Shown one piece after another: positions 28,430 to 41,119 of a DNA stretch of 64,000 nucleotides; the first letter of the stretch is position 1; every line of letters starts with the position of its first letter. Location of the stretch: the NCBI GenBank assembly GCA_964016885.1, contig OZ024740.1, positions 440,510,001-440,574,000 of the forward strand, given 5' to 3'. The notes beneath the pieces were generated by a model. The model was not told where the DNA came from, did not search any database, and worked only from the letters and a program-made list of their open reading frames with translations. Source of the stretch: Eledone cirrhosa. Its lineage: Eukaryota. The translations under genes were made by a program, and so were the position numbers.

Positions 28430-29735
28430 ACACAGACATACACACATATATACACACACAGACATATACACATATATACACACACAGACATATACACATA
28501 TATACACACACAGACCTATACACATATATACACACATAGACATATACACATATATACACACGCAGACATATACACATATATACACACACAGACCTATACA
28601 CATATATACACACATAGACATATACACATATATACACACACAGACCTATACACATATATACACACACAGACATATACACATATATACACACACAGACATA
28701 TACACATATATACACACACAGACATATACACATATATACACACACAGACCTATACACATATATACACACATAGACATATACACATATATACACACACAGA
28801 CATATACACATATATACACACACAGACCTATACACATATATACACACATAGACATATACACATATATACACACACAGACATATACACATATATACACACA
28901 CAGACATATACACATATATACACACACAGACATATACACATATATACACACATAGACATATACACATATATACACACACAGACATATACACATATATACA
29001 CACACAGACATATATACATATATACACACATAGACATATACACATATATACACACATAGACATATACACATATATACACACACAGACATATACACATATA
29101 TACACACACAGACATATACACATATATACACACACAGACATATACACATATATACACACATAGACATATACACATATATACACACACATACATATACACA
29201 TATATACACACATAAACATATACACATATATACACACATAGACATATACACATATATACACACACAGACATATACACATATATACACACACAGACATATA
29301 CACATATATAAACACATAGACATATACACATATATACACACACAGACATATACACATATATACACACACAGACATATACACATATATACACACATAGACA
29401 TATACACATATATACACACATAGACATATACACATATATACACACACAGACATATACACATATATACACACATAGACATATACACATATATACACACACA
29501 GACATATACACATATATACACACATAGACATATACACATATATACACACATAGACATATACACATATATACACACATAGACATATACACATATATACACA
29601 CATATACATATACACATATATACACACATAGATATATACACATATACACACATAGACATATACACATATATACACACATAGACATATACACATATACACA
29701 CATAGACATATACACACATACACATATAAACACAT
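28430..29735. repeat. 26-bp minisatellite (gacatatacacatatatacacacaca)n
   Basis: gac recurs every 26 nt (28461, 28487 and onward). Confidence 0.9.
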
Positions 29736-29785
29736 TTTTATTTATTTGTGTGTGAATCCGTATACTCTCTCTCTCTCCCCCTCTC

Positions 29786-29833
<48 letters not shown>

Positions 29834-30180
29834 TCTTACACACACACACTCACATAGACACGTGTGAGTATACGTACATTCTCTCCCTCTTTCTCTTTCT
29901 CCTCTCTCTCTCTCTATATATATATATAAATATTTACACACGCAATACACAGACAGGCACTCACACACACTCGCACACACACACACCATCCCCAGATTCT
30001 TAATTAGAGTAGCACCTCCCACACGTTTCTTACCTACAGGAACCGTTGTGGCTGCTATCACGGTGTTATATCGAACACAAAAACATTACAACTGTTTGAT
30101 GTCTTTGAAATAAGTATAACAGGAATTAATAATAATTATAGGATGTATACTTAAACCCGTCTACTTCTTTATGATATATA

Positions 30181-30233
<53 letters not shown>

Positions 30234-30235
<2 letters not shown>

Positions 30236-30667
30236 TAGAGTAAAACATGTCCAGAGAATCAATTGATAATATATATACAACATCTCTATTCCCAATCAGC
30301 ATAATTAACCACACAAAATCAATTAGACCAGGCTATAAGAATAAAAGGCATCTATGAAGAAATAGTAAACAAAATATACCATTGCGGCGTCTTCGCGCAC
30401 AACCGCTTGTGCGGAAGACGCCGCAATGGTATATTTTGTTTACTATTTCTTCATAGATGCCTTTTATTCTTATAGCCTGGTCTAATTGATTTTGTGTGGT
30501 TAATTATGCTGATTGGGAATAGAGATGTTGTATATATATTATCAATTGATTCTCTGGACATGTTTTACTCTAGTATTTTGCTCTGATTATTTAATTCATT
30601 GAGCCACAACGGTGAAAAGTTGCCAAAACACATATATACCTCTGACTTTGTTTAATTGGTGTATGTG

Positions 30668-30670
<3 letters not shown>
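30234..30670. repeat. Fold-back element, arms about 30234-30402 / 30407-30575 plus tail
   Basis: Near-perfect inverted repeat of about 170 bp between (TA)n tracts. Confidence 0.9.
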
Positions 30671-30736
<66 letters not shown>

Positions 30737-30869
30737 TTATATTTATATTTGTATTTATATTTATATTTATATTTATGTCAAGTATTTCCGTGGGAAGGGT
30801 AAAGGAAAGAAGAGTTCTCTATGTATAGTACAGAGCTATTTAATTATAATTTTATATCCAAAATAAAGA

Positions 30870-30940
30870 TTCTATCCGATGAGCGATATCAGACTTTTCT
30901 GTTAGAATCGTCTAACTTCGCGAAACCTTGGGTAATGGAA
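30870..30940 (+). ncRNA. HHR (U4C core variant)
   Basis: TTCTAT CCGATGA GCGA...TCGC GAAA CC ttg GG TA ATGGAA. Confidence 0.7.
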
Positions 30941-31102
30941 TAATTATATTGTGTTGATTGTTACATAAGAAAATGAGGGTTTTTTTAAAGGATATAAAAA
31001 CGAGATGTTCTACACGAGTGAAAGTATAAGGAAAAGAAGTCGAAAATGCAACTGGAGTCTTTTAAAGAATATTTATTTGTTTCCTTTACCCTCCCCAAGT
31101 AT

Positions 31103-31184
<82 letters not shown>

Positions 31185-31191
<7 letters not shown>

Positions 31192-32309
31192 TTAGAAACA
31201 CACAGATACATGCGGACACACACATATACATGAATGCATCCACACCCAACCGTGAGTTAATGGTGCCAACCTCACCGATGTTGCTCACTGAATGACTGGG
31301 ACAGACCAATCCGGTTGAATTAGACTGAACCAGTATCAGAGTTAAAAATACATTATGAAGAGAGAAGAAACATTTAGATATAATTAGTAATAAAATGTAT
31401 CATACCTAAACTGCTCCTAGATTCCTCGACTACGTAGTTTCGTGGCATAAACAAAAACAATACATCATAAAGATATAGAGTCCTTGCGAGGTCTGCCGAC
31501 TTATCAAGAGGATACCTCATTTTACTAGCGTCAAGAACGCGTCTACACGACGTGAGAAAGAATCCCAAAAGGCGGAGGGGGAGATAGTCACGCGATATAA
31601 CGGTCGAGAAACAGAGCTAAGCCTCTTATAACCCCGAAGAAAATACCACGGAGGCGGAGGGGGTATTTATATCGAAGCCGTAGAAGAGGTGGTGAAGGAG
31701 GCGAGAAGTATGAGTAATGGCCGCTTTCCAGCTCTGATACTGGTTCAGTCTAATTCAACCGGATTGGTCTGTCCCAGTCATTCATTGAGCAACATCGGTG
31801 AGGTTGGCACCATTAACTCACGGTTGGGTGTGGATGCATTCATGTATATGTGTGTGTCCGCATGTATCTGTGTGTTTCTAAATATATTGTTAATAACTCC
31901 CTCTGGTCGAGTAATCTTTGAAGTGTGGTGACTGCTGGAAAGCGGCCATTACTCATACTTCTCGCCTCCTTCACCACCTCTTCTACGGCTTCGATATAAA
32001 TACCCCCTCCGCCTCCGTGGTATTTTCTTCGGGGTTATAAGAGGCTTAGCTCTGTTTCTTGACCGTTATATCGCGTGACTATCTCCCCCTCCGCCTTTTG
32101 GGATTCTTTCTCACGTCGTGTAGACGCGTTCTTGAAGCTAGTAAAATGAGGTATCCTCTTGATAAGTCGGCAGACCTCGCAATGACTCTATATCTTTATG
32201 ATGTATTGTTTTTGTTTATGCCACGAAACTACGTAGTCGAGGAATCTAGGAGCAGTTTAGGTATGATACATTTTATTACTAATTATATCTAAATGTTTCT
32301 TCTCTCTTC

Positions 32310-32314
<5 letters not shown>
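31185..32314. mobile_element. Inverted dimer of retrozyme-like family A with permuted arms
   Basis: The minus arm (31185-31730) and plus arm (31732-32314) start and end at different points of the same unit of about 590 nt. HHRs at 31423-31512 (-) and 32154-32243 (+). Confidence 0.8.
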
Positions 32315-32354
<40 letters not shown>

Positions 32355-32825
32355 GGATTAACAAATAATAGTTAAATGCAGTCCACTTAGGTGAAGTCCA
32401 GTTATGGTATTCCAGGTAGTGGATGATATTAACGCTTGGCTTGGTTTGACTCAACAAGGCGTTTTCATAGTGATGCTGCAGGTATGCTGTAATTCCTATG
32501 TTGTAAACACTTGGAGTAATAATATATCAGGAAAGAAGGTTTACATGGTTTGCTATACAAAAAAGTTTTTAATCACATAGCTTACATTTGTTTCACTGAA
32601 CTGGTATGTCTAGAGATCGCTATCCGCTTAATTTTGCGTTACTCGATCGCCAATACAGAATTATAACCAGTCAGATCTTCGGAGCATGCGAGAATGAAGA
32701 AAATACACAGGCAAGAAAAGAAAAGAAAATACAGGCTACTATCTTAAGTAGTAATGGCATTCAATTAGAACAATAACAACAATTACAACAATGCTATCAA
32801 TAAATTATTTAAGGAGACCCTGATA

Positions 32826-33904
32826 ATTAAATCCATAGCACGTAGTATATCACACCGAATATCCCGCTTATCCTCAAACCTAGAAATCTTTAACGAGCAT
32901 GCTGACTATTATAATGCAGCATTAAGTAGGGCCGGTCATAAAGATAAACTACAGTATATAGTGAATAAGGACAACATAAACAATCCTAGTAATTACTACT
33001 CCAACCGCTCACATAATAATAGGAATAGCTTGATTAGACATAGGGTTAGACATGTAACACCTAGAGTAAACGGCCAAAACACTAATAACGTAAACCCAAG
33101 AAACAATAGAAGAAACAGACAAAGAAAATACCTATGGTTCAACCCAATATTCAACTCCTCTATAAAAACTAGACTGCCCTCTACATTCTTTAAACTAATA
33201 GATAAACACTTCCCTATCTCGCATAGATATCACAAAATACTCAATAGATCTACTATTAAACTCTCATTCTCAACAGCAGCTAACATAGAATCACACATAC
33301 GCAAGATCAACCACAGAAATATCTCTAGTAAATCAATTGCACCTATACATAAGCACAAACTCATCACAACATCACAACCACAAGCGCATACAAACGCGCA
33401 GCAGCAAAACCCCATTGGGCATATATCACAACCCACTTATAACAGAGTACTAAACAGGAATGTAAAAGCTGCACAAAATAGCGCCTCAAACTGCAACTGT
33501 CACCTCCCAGATAGGTGCCCATTGGCGAACAGGTGTCTCGATTCGAGCCTGGTGTACATGTGCACTGTCATCTCGGGTAACTCCACTTGGAATTACATAG
33601 GATCCACCGCGGGTTCTTTTAAGAAAAGATGGTATGTGCATAGGCACTCAATGAAAAACCGTGCACTTATGGGTTCCACTACCCTCGCCAGAAAAATATG
33701 GGAATTGAAGGACAGCAACACTAACTACAGTATCAACTGGTCGAAGTTGTCGGCTGCTAAGGGATGTCCTATTGCGGGCTGTGTGATCTTGAGCTATTGT
33801 ATATCCTTAGAAATGTTAAAATGCTACTTAATAATAAGTTAGAAAGATCTATCTTCTGCAGACATAGAATAGCCACTAAATTCATAAGATTCAAACCTCC
33901 GTGA
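32826..33904 (+). pseudogene. PLE RT-thumb/Asn-rich linker/GIY-YIG, frameshifted near the C-terminus
   Basis: ISHRISRLSSN...WFNPIF...CNCHLPDRCPLANRCL...VYMCTV...YIGST...FKKRWYVHRHS. Homologous to 51454-52788. Confidence 0.85.
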
Positions 33905-34661
33905 ATCGAACCAACATAACATAGCTTTAAATTAGGATACCTACTACCCACAGAAATATATTCATTAAGTATACTATATCCTTCACAAGTCTATACCACA
34001 CAATTGTCTGTAAGTACCTCATCTACCAACAATCTTACTCCTTCTCATTTGATCCTAAATCCTAGTTTTTCTCATTTCACTACTACAATGTTACTTTACC
34101 TTCTTTTTGCCTTAATTACAATTAGCACGCTTTTCTCTTTGCATGTATGTATATTTGTGTACGAGTGTATATTGATGTGTATGTATGTGTCTATGTACAC
34201 ATGCATGTGTATATATGTGTATATATATTTATATATATGTGTGTGTGTGTGTATGTGTATGTGTGTGTGTGTGCGTAAATATATGCGTATATTAATTCGT
34301 TAACCTCTGTATTAACTCTACAACTATTTAGCTTTGACAGTGGTCCCACTCATGTATACTGTTGAAGATGAAGAGAAAGACTGTAAAAACTAGCTTATCT
34401 TTATAATTTAAAATTGATATACACTACGATACTCTGTACATGTCAACACTTCATTTTGCCTTATGACAGCTAGTTTTCACGCCGTAACATTAGATACATT
34501 ATATACCCCCCACCTAAGTAATGTCAGGGTCTCCTTAAATAATTTATTGATAGCATTGTTGTAATTGTTGTTATTGTTCTAATTGAATGCCATTACTACT
34601 TAAGATAGTAGCCTGTATTTTCTTTTCTTTTCTTGCCTGTGTATTTTCTTCATTCTCGCAT

Positions 34662-34767
34662 GCTCCGAAGATCTGACTGGTTATAATTCTGTATTGGCGA
34701 TCGAGTAACGCAAAATTAAGCGGATAGCGATCTCTAGACATACCAGTTCAGTGAAACAAATGTAAGC
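34662..34767 (+). ncRNA. HHR (CCGAAGA core) with stem-II insert of about 60 nt
   Basis: GCT CCGAAGA T CTGA CTGG...CCAG t TCAG T GAAA CAAATG TA AGC. Confidence 0.65.
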
Positions 34768-34822
34768 TATATGATTAAAAACTTTTTTGTATAGCAAACC
34801 ATGTAAACCTTCTTTCCTGATT

Positions 34823-34880
<58 letters not shown>

Positions 34881-34934
34881 TCTGTATATATCAATGATAT
34901 TAATAAATGGAAACTATATTTATATAATCATATT

Positions 34935-34995
34935 TATTCTATTATATATATTTCAAGGATACCAAAACTTTGGTACGCTTTCATCAGATAAAATA
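34935..34995 (-). ncRNA. Canonical-core HHR
   Basis: TATTTTAT CTGATGA AAG c GTACCAAA gt TTTGGTAT c CTT GAAA TATATA TA ATAGAATA. Confidence 0.8.
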
Positions 34996-35078
34996 TGAAG
35001 TTTGTTTTATAAATATTGACATATCCAGGAATGAGACCTTAACGGTTCAAGTTTTACCTAAATATATATATTTCTTAA

Positions 35079-35163
35079 ATTACCAACAAATTAAATATCC
35101 CTTTGCTTATATATATATATATATATACAATACAATAGGAGGCAACATAATAGCACCACTGAC

Positions 35164-35228
<65 letters not shown>

Positions 35229-35306
35229 TCAGTGGTACTATTATGTTCCCTCCTATTGTATTGTATATATATATATATGTAAGCAAAAGGATATTTAATT
35301 TGTTGG

Positions 35307-35310
<4 letters not shown>
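35079..35310. repeat. Fold-back with a (TA)n tract at its axis
   Basis: ttaccaacaaattaaatatcc...caccactgactatg (TA)n catattcagtggta...ggatatttaatttgttggtaa. Confidence 0.8.
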
Positions 35311-35343
<33 letters not shown>

Positions 35344-35485
35344 TAACCGTTGATAAACATTGATTGCCAAATAAATTAACTATGGAGATACAGAAGCGAA
35401 AACTAACCAAACAGTGTGTTCTGTTATTATTTCTGGCAATATTATTACAACAATATGACCCTCTCCAAGTATGACAATATATATA

Positions 35486-35581
<96 letters not shown>

Positions 35582-36384
35582 GGATGTGATGAACTGTGGC
35601 TTCTTGAATTGTAACTCTGAGTTTGCCTAATATTCACGCGACTGACGTTGTGAAACAAGGTGATACTGGATAAATTGTGTCCGCAGCTACAACGGAATAT
35701 GGTATATGGAAATACAGTAAAGATATTTATAATATGATATTTGATTGTTAGAAATAGCAGGGAAATCTCTCTTAAAATACACCCTGCCGAAGAAGGACTC
35801 ATTACGTAACATAGTTTTAGGCTCCCTACCTGAAATAAAAACGAAATGTTCACCTGTGAAATTCGTTCATCTCCCTCTACCCTTGCAGATCTCACCTAAT
35901 ATTAGCTTGTCAGGAAGTCTACTCCCTGTTGCTTTAATTAAAATTTGGGGGATATATAAATATTTGTAATTGCCTCTACCTTAACTGCAACAGTGTCTGT
36001 TGTTTAGGAAACACATCCCAGTGACACAAAAGATGACAGCCTCCTACCTAATTGGATGTACACCACAAATGTAACCCTTCCTTCATATTAATTCATCATA
36101 CAAATATATTCTGTTTATATTTGCACCTTTATATGTAGATATGTGTGTATGTATGTGTATATATTATGTATGTATGTTCTGTATGTAGGTAGGTAGGTAT
36201 CTATGAATGTATGTTAGCATGTATGTATGTGTATGTATGTAATTACGTATGTTTGTATGTATGTATATATATATATATGTAATTATGTATGCAATTATGT
36301 ATGTATGTATATGTATGTATGTAATTATGTATGTATGTATGTTATGTCTTTCTCTTAATTTCGAGTATATTTTTTGACTGGCCA

Positions 36385-37255
36385 CCTACCTGGTGGCAAG
36401 GTTGTAAAAGAAAAGAAATTGTCATCCCTTGAATCGCAAGAATGTTTTGCAAATTTTGAAGGTGCCAGCTATCGCAGCCATTTGTAGACTATGAATTAGG
36501 AAGCTGCGCTCTTTGTCCGCAAATCCAAGTTCAGTTATACATTGGTCCAATCGGGTTGGTATATAACCTGTAGCTCCAATAATGATGTAAAGGTGTATCT
36601 TGGATACTGGATTTGTAAACTCCTCATCAATGGTCCGTAGATGTCCTCCTTCTCCTGTATTTTTCTGACAACGTTTACATCAAGTGGGCAGCTGATCTCC
36701 ACAACAGAACACGTTTTCAATGTGTGGTCCCAAACAACAATATCAGGCCGGTTGTGCTTTAATTTGGTGGCAGTTTTTATTTTCAGGTTCCACCAGTATT
36801 CCTTAGTGCCATCTGTCTCAATATATTTTTCCTGTTTGTTTTTAATTTTGTTTTCCGAAGTGCCTTCCAGATGGTTCTAGCTATCCCATCGTGCCTCATG
36901 GGGAGGTAGTAGCGAGATGACATTCTTTCGCAGCTGGCAACAATCTGGCTTACATCCTCGATCTTTGTTTTACATAGCCTACATTTATTGTCAGCTGCTG
37001 GCCCTCCCCTTTTGTGCAGCAGATATTTGGTAGAGAGTTCTTGTTCCTGTATTGCATAGAGATATCCCTCAAGGTGTGATGTCATAAACTTGTTGGAACT
37101 CCATGCCAGGCTTTTTGAGTGGTTTATCCCCTCCATGGTATCAAAAGTATCCATGCACAACTTTTTCTGTAAATTGGTCAATTTTTTCATCTTGTTTGAA
37201 CATTGAATAGGATCTTCCGATTTCTCTGGGTGAGAGATTTATATCAGGCTTTATT
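36385..37255 (-). mobile_element. RLE-type non-LTR retrotransposon 3' fragment (R4/Dong-like)
   Basis: CRLCKTKIEDVSQIVASC (degenerate CCHC), RHD, KHNRPDIVVWDH...VVEISCP (PD..E nuclease), ending GTFKICKTFLRFKG*. Frameshifted and embedded in (ATGT)n/ATGTAATT repeats. Confidence 0.8.
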
Positions 37256-37835
37256 CCATATCTCTCCTCCATATCTCTATGTATGTATGTAATTATGTAT
37301 GTATCTATGTATATATGTATGTAATTATGTATGTATGTGTGTGTATGTATATATGTAATTATGTGTGCATGTATGTATGTAATTATATATATGTATATAT
37401 GTTTGTATGTATGTATGTACGAATTATGTTTATATTTATGCTAGAATATTAAAGGTTCCGTTTAAAGGGGGGACCAAAGTACTTAATGTGGTATGTTGGC
37501 GCACTGATCACGTTGCCCAATGGTAAATGGGCCACAGGGTGCCTACAGTAGCATTACAAGAGCCCACGGTAGCATTGCAGGGTCCACTCTAGTATTTTAG
37601 GAGCCAATGCCTAGCTTTCAAAAAATACCCGATGTCTAAGAGAAAGAATAACATTTTTTAAAAATAAATAAAACAATTAAGCAAAGTATTTGGTCAACCA
37701 ATTCCCCAGGGCATTACTAGAAACCAAAATATACCATAGTGTAAATAGCTGGAATCAGTGGTTGTACATTCTACTAAATCTAAAGATTAGTGTATTCATT
37801 CATGCATGCAAACATACATATATAGACACACACAA

Positions 37836-37868
<33 letters not shown>

Positions 37869-37872
<4 letters not shown>

Positions 37873-38236
37873 TAAAAGGAATTCCAACTTTGTCTGATTA
37901 CTCGTTTTATTTACAATCCTTTAAAATTTATAATGGTATTAGAATGAAATAGTATGGTAGAATATTAAATGTTAAGTGTTAATTGAACAAGTACTTTCAT
38001 GCTTTCGCAATCTTCAGGTTCATAATGTGTGGTGACAGTCAACTGTTGAAAATTGCAAACTTGACTGTCACCACACATTATGAACCTGAAGATTGCGAAA
38101 GCATGAAAGTACTTGTTCAATTAGTACTTAACATTTAATATTCTACCATACTATTTCATTCTAATAACATTATAAATGTTAAAGGATTGTAAATAAAACG
38201 AGTAAATCAGACAAAGTTGGAATTTCTTTTATTAAT
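37869..38236. repeat. Fold-back element (arms of about 175 bp) with an HHR in each arm
   Basis: Inverted arms about 37869-38043 / 38061-38236. Confidence 0.9.
38081..38119 (+). ncRNA. 39-nt minimal HHR (mirror copy 37984-38022, -)
   Basis: TGAAC CTGAAGA T TGC gaaa GCA T GAAA GTAC TT GTTCA. Confidence 0.85.
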
Positions 38237-38271
38237 ATAATCTTCTATTCACAATCATAAACACCCGTGTA

Positions 38272-38326
<55 letters not shown>

Positions 38327-39242
38327 ATATATATATATATATATATACACAGAATTAGTATATCTACCAACATATGCGTACAGATGTACACTAATGCTAG
38401 CAAATACATAAGTTATGTCATAGTACCTAGGTGGTTCAATGCAGGAAAATGCAGAACAATAATATGAAAGACGTAAAATAAGAAAATTTAAAAAAAAATT
38501 AAAAATTAACTTACTTACTAAAATTTTCACTCAAACTAATTAGTTTCTGTAATGGGATAAAGATAGTTACGTAATATAACCATCGAGAATTCATTACGTC
38601 ATCAGGGAGTCTATTCTCAGCTAAGTCTCCAGGCAATGCGCGGACACTGGGGACTCATATAAAAATAATAATAATTCGGTGGAAGGAACAGCTAGCGGAG
38701 ACTGGATTCCATGCACTGAAAAAGTTCGCTGCCTCTGGTCAAATGGCAGATTCTAAAGAATCAATCACGTGACACTGAGGCTAGTCGGAAGGAGTGGGTT
38801 GGTAAGATGACAGAAGCCTACTACCACACCAATGAATTAGTAGCGGATTTGGCAGGTTTGCTCAACAAATAAATAATTTGGAGATAAATACAGAGAATTA
38901 GTGTATTTGCTAGCATTAGTGTACATCTGTACGCATATGTTGGTAGATATACTAATTCTCTGTATTTATCTCCAAATTATTTATTTATTGAGCAAACCTG
39001 CCAAATCCGCTACTAATTCATTGGTGTGGTAGTAGGCTTCTGTCATCTTACCAACCCACTCCTTCCGACTAGCCTTAGTGTCACGTGATTGATCCTTTAG
39101 AATCTACCATTTGACCAGAGGCAGCGAACTTTTTCAGTGCATGGAATCCAGTCCCCGCTAGCTGTTCCTTCCACCGAATTATTATTATTTTTATATGAGT
39201 CCCCAGTGTCCGCGCATTGCCTGGAGACTTAGCTGAGAATAG

Positions 39243-39324
39243 ACTCCCTGATGACGTAATGAATTCTCGATGGTTATATTACGTAACTATCTTTATCCCA
39301 TTACAGAAACTAATTAGTTGGAGT
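39243..39324 (+). ncRNA. HHR, palindromic stem III
   Basis: ACTCC CTGATGA c GTAATG...CATTAC a GAAA CTAATTAG TT GGAGT. Confidence 0.8.
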
Positions 39325-39785
39325 GAAAATTTTAGTAAGTAAGTTAATTTTTAAATTTTTTTTAAATTTTCTTATTTTACGTCTTTCATATTATTGTTCT
39401 GCATCCTCCTGCATTGAACCACCTAGGTACTATGACATAAATTATGTATTTGCTAGCATTAGTGTACATCTGTACGCATATGTTGGTAGATATACTAATT
39501 CTCTGTATTTATCTCCAAATTATTTATTTGTTGAGCAAACCTGCCAAATCCGTTACTAATTCATTGGTGTGGTAGTAGGCTTCTGTCATCTTACCAACCC
39601 ACTCCTTCCGACTAGCCTCAGTGTCACGTGATTGATTCTTTAGAATCTGCCATTTGACCAGAGGCAGCGAACTTTTTCAGTGCATGGAATCCAGTCCCCG
39701 CTAGCTGTTCCTTCCACCGAATTATTATTATTTTTATATGAGTCCCCAGTGTCCACGCATTGCCTGGAGACTTAGCTGAGAATAG

Positions 39786-39867
39786 ACTCCCTGATGACGT
39801 AATGAATTATCGATGGTTATATTACGTAACTATCTTTATCCCATTACAGAAACTAATTAGTTGGAGT
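39786..39867 (+). ncRNA. HHR, tandem copy 543 nt downstream
   Basis: Same motif as 39243-39324. Confidence 0.8.
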
Positions 39868-39978
39868 GAAAATTTTAGTAAGTAAGTTAATTTTTAATTT
39901 TTTTTTAAATTTTCTTATTTTACGTCTTTCATATATATATATATATACTTACACATATACACGTACTATTGACCAAAT

Positions 39979-40157
39979 AATTGTTTCTTCTTTCGGCATA
40001 AGGCCAGCAACTACCCAGTACATTGCTGGTACTTTATTTTATCGACCTCGTAAGGATGAAAGGCAAAGTTAACCTTGGCGGGATTAACTCAGATCGTAAA
40101 GGGACATAACTATGCTGGAAAGCATGTCCAACCCTCTACCAATTCTGCCAATCCACT
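39979..40157 (-). mobile_element. SINE copy
   Basis: ctggtactttattttatcgacc...ggatgaaaggcaaagttaacc. Confidence 0.75.
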
Positions 40158-40225
40158 GCTGTTTGGTATACATATGCATATATATATGTATATACGCACA
40201 CACACACACACACACACATATATAT

Positions 40226-40380
40226 ACGGCTATTTCTGGACAGTCCAGAAATGGCTGTCGAAACGGCTTGAGCTCTGCCGTCGGGGTCTTAAACATCTTC
40301 CTATTACCCTCTCTACTATTGTGCTTTCTTGTGCGTTATGGTCCACCTGGTTCCTTACCACACTGCCTTCGTTATCTAAT
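40226..40380 (+). mobile_element. 4433-family element starting at the stem-II 5' strand
   Basis: acggctatttctgga cag tccagaaatggctgtc GAAA CGGC...TC GGGGTC, plus the shared tail. Confidence 0.7.
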
Positions 40381-41119
40381 ATATATTTGTGAAATGGGTG
40401 GTGGTTGAAATTCAGTTGTGCACGGTTAAATGGTAGTAGACGTGGTCGGACTGACATGAAGATTTATACACCTATGTAAAAAGTGCCAAGGAAGCAAATA
40501 GACGATGTTTCAAATCTCTAACTTGAAAAATGTGGTCCCTGGTGCCCCAAAACTATCGCGTTCGGTGTGTTGTTTCCCCCTGTTCTAATACTTTTGTCTT
40601 ATTTACAATTTCATACACATAAAGCAGTAACATCCCGTAGTAAGACCTAAAAAAATGGTTAGATACACCATGACGCACCGTGCATCACGGTGGAGTTGAA
40701 AAGCAGACTCAGAACATGGCGTTGTGTGGGGGTGGCTCGCAGCCCAATGTTCCAGGGGGAGAAAAAGAAGAAGAAGAAGAAGAAGAAGAAGAAGAAGAAG
40801 AAGAAGAAGAAGAAGAAGAAGAAGATGTGAGCTGGAGTCCTATCAAATATGTAGGTTGTGTCTTAAATTGAAGGTTTAGTAGAAACAATTCATGTATAGT
40901 TTTGTACTTTTCTTTTTGTCATTCATATATAAACAAATCTACTATATAAATTGGAAGTGGTCGGACGTTGTATATGTAGGTGTAGTCGGATAAACGTCGA
41001 AACGGCTTGGTGGAATGCAGCGAAAATTTACACAGTTATGCAGAATGATCCGAGGGGGCGTTGGGTCAACTTTCAAGCTATGGTTACGGAGAAAATCGAT
41101 GAAACAGGAATTTCCCATT

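Larger units (their letters stand above)
32352..34822 (+). mobile_element. 5'-truncated PLE with 298-bp inverted arms (32526-32823 / 34524-34821)
   Basis: PLE ORF between the inverted arms, HHRs at 32580-32685 (-) and 34662-34767 (+), (TA)n flanks. Confidence 0.85.
38347..39932. mobile_element. Retrozyme-like family B: one inverted unit plus about 1.9 tandem units, period 543 nt
   Basis: HHRs at 38529-38610 (-), 39243-39324 (+) and 39786-39867 (+). No ORF, (TA)n on both sides. Confidence 0.85.

Noticed and set aside
27570-29735. His/Thr/Tyr- or Cys/Val-rich ORFs (also 8277-9280, 16226-17149, 57106-57725)
   Set aside because: Artefacts of CA/TA micro- and minisatellites.
35600-35900. 171-aa minus ORF with acceptor-like tttcag
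   Set aside because: No recognisable domain, and it runs into a (CT)n tract.
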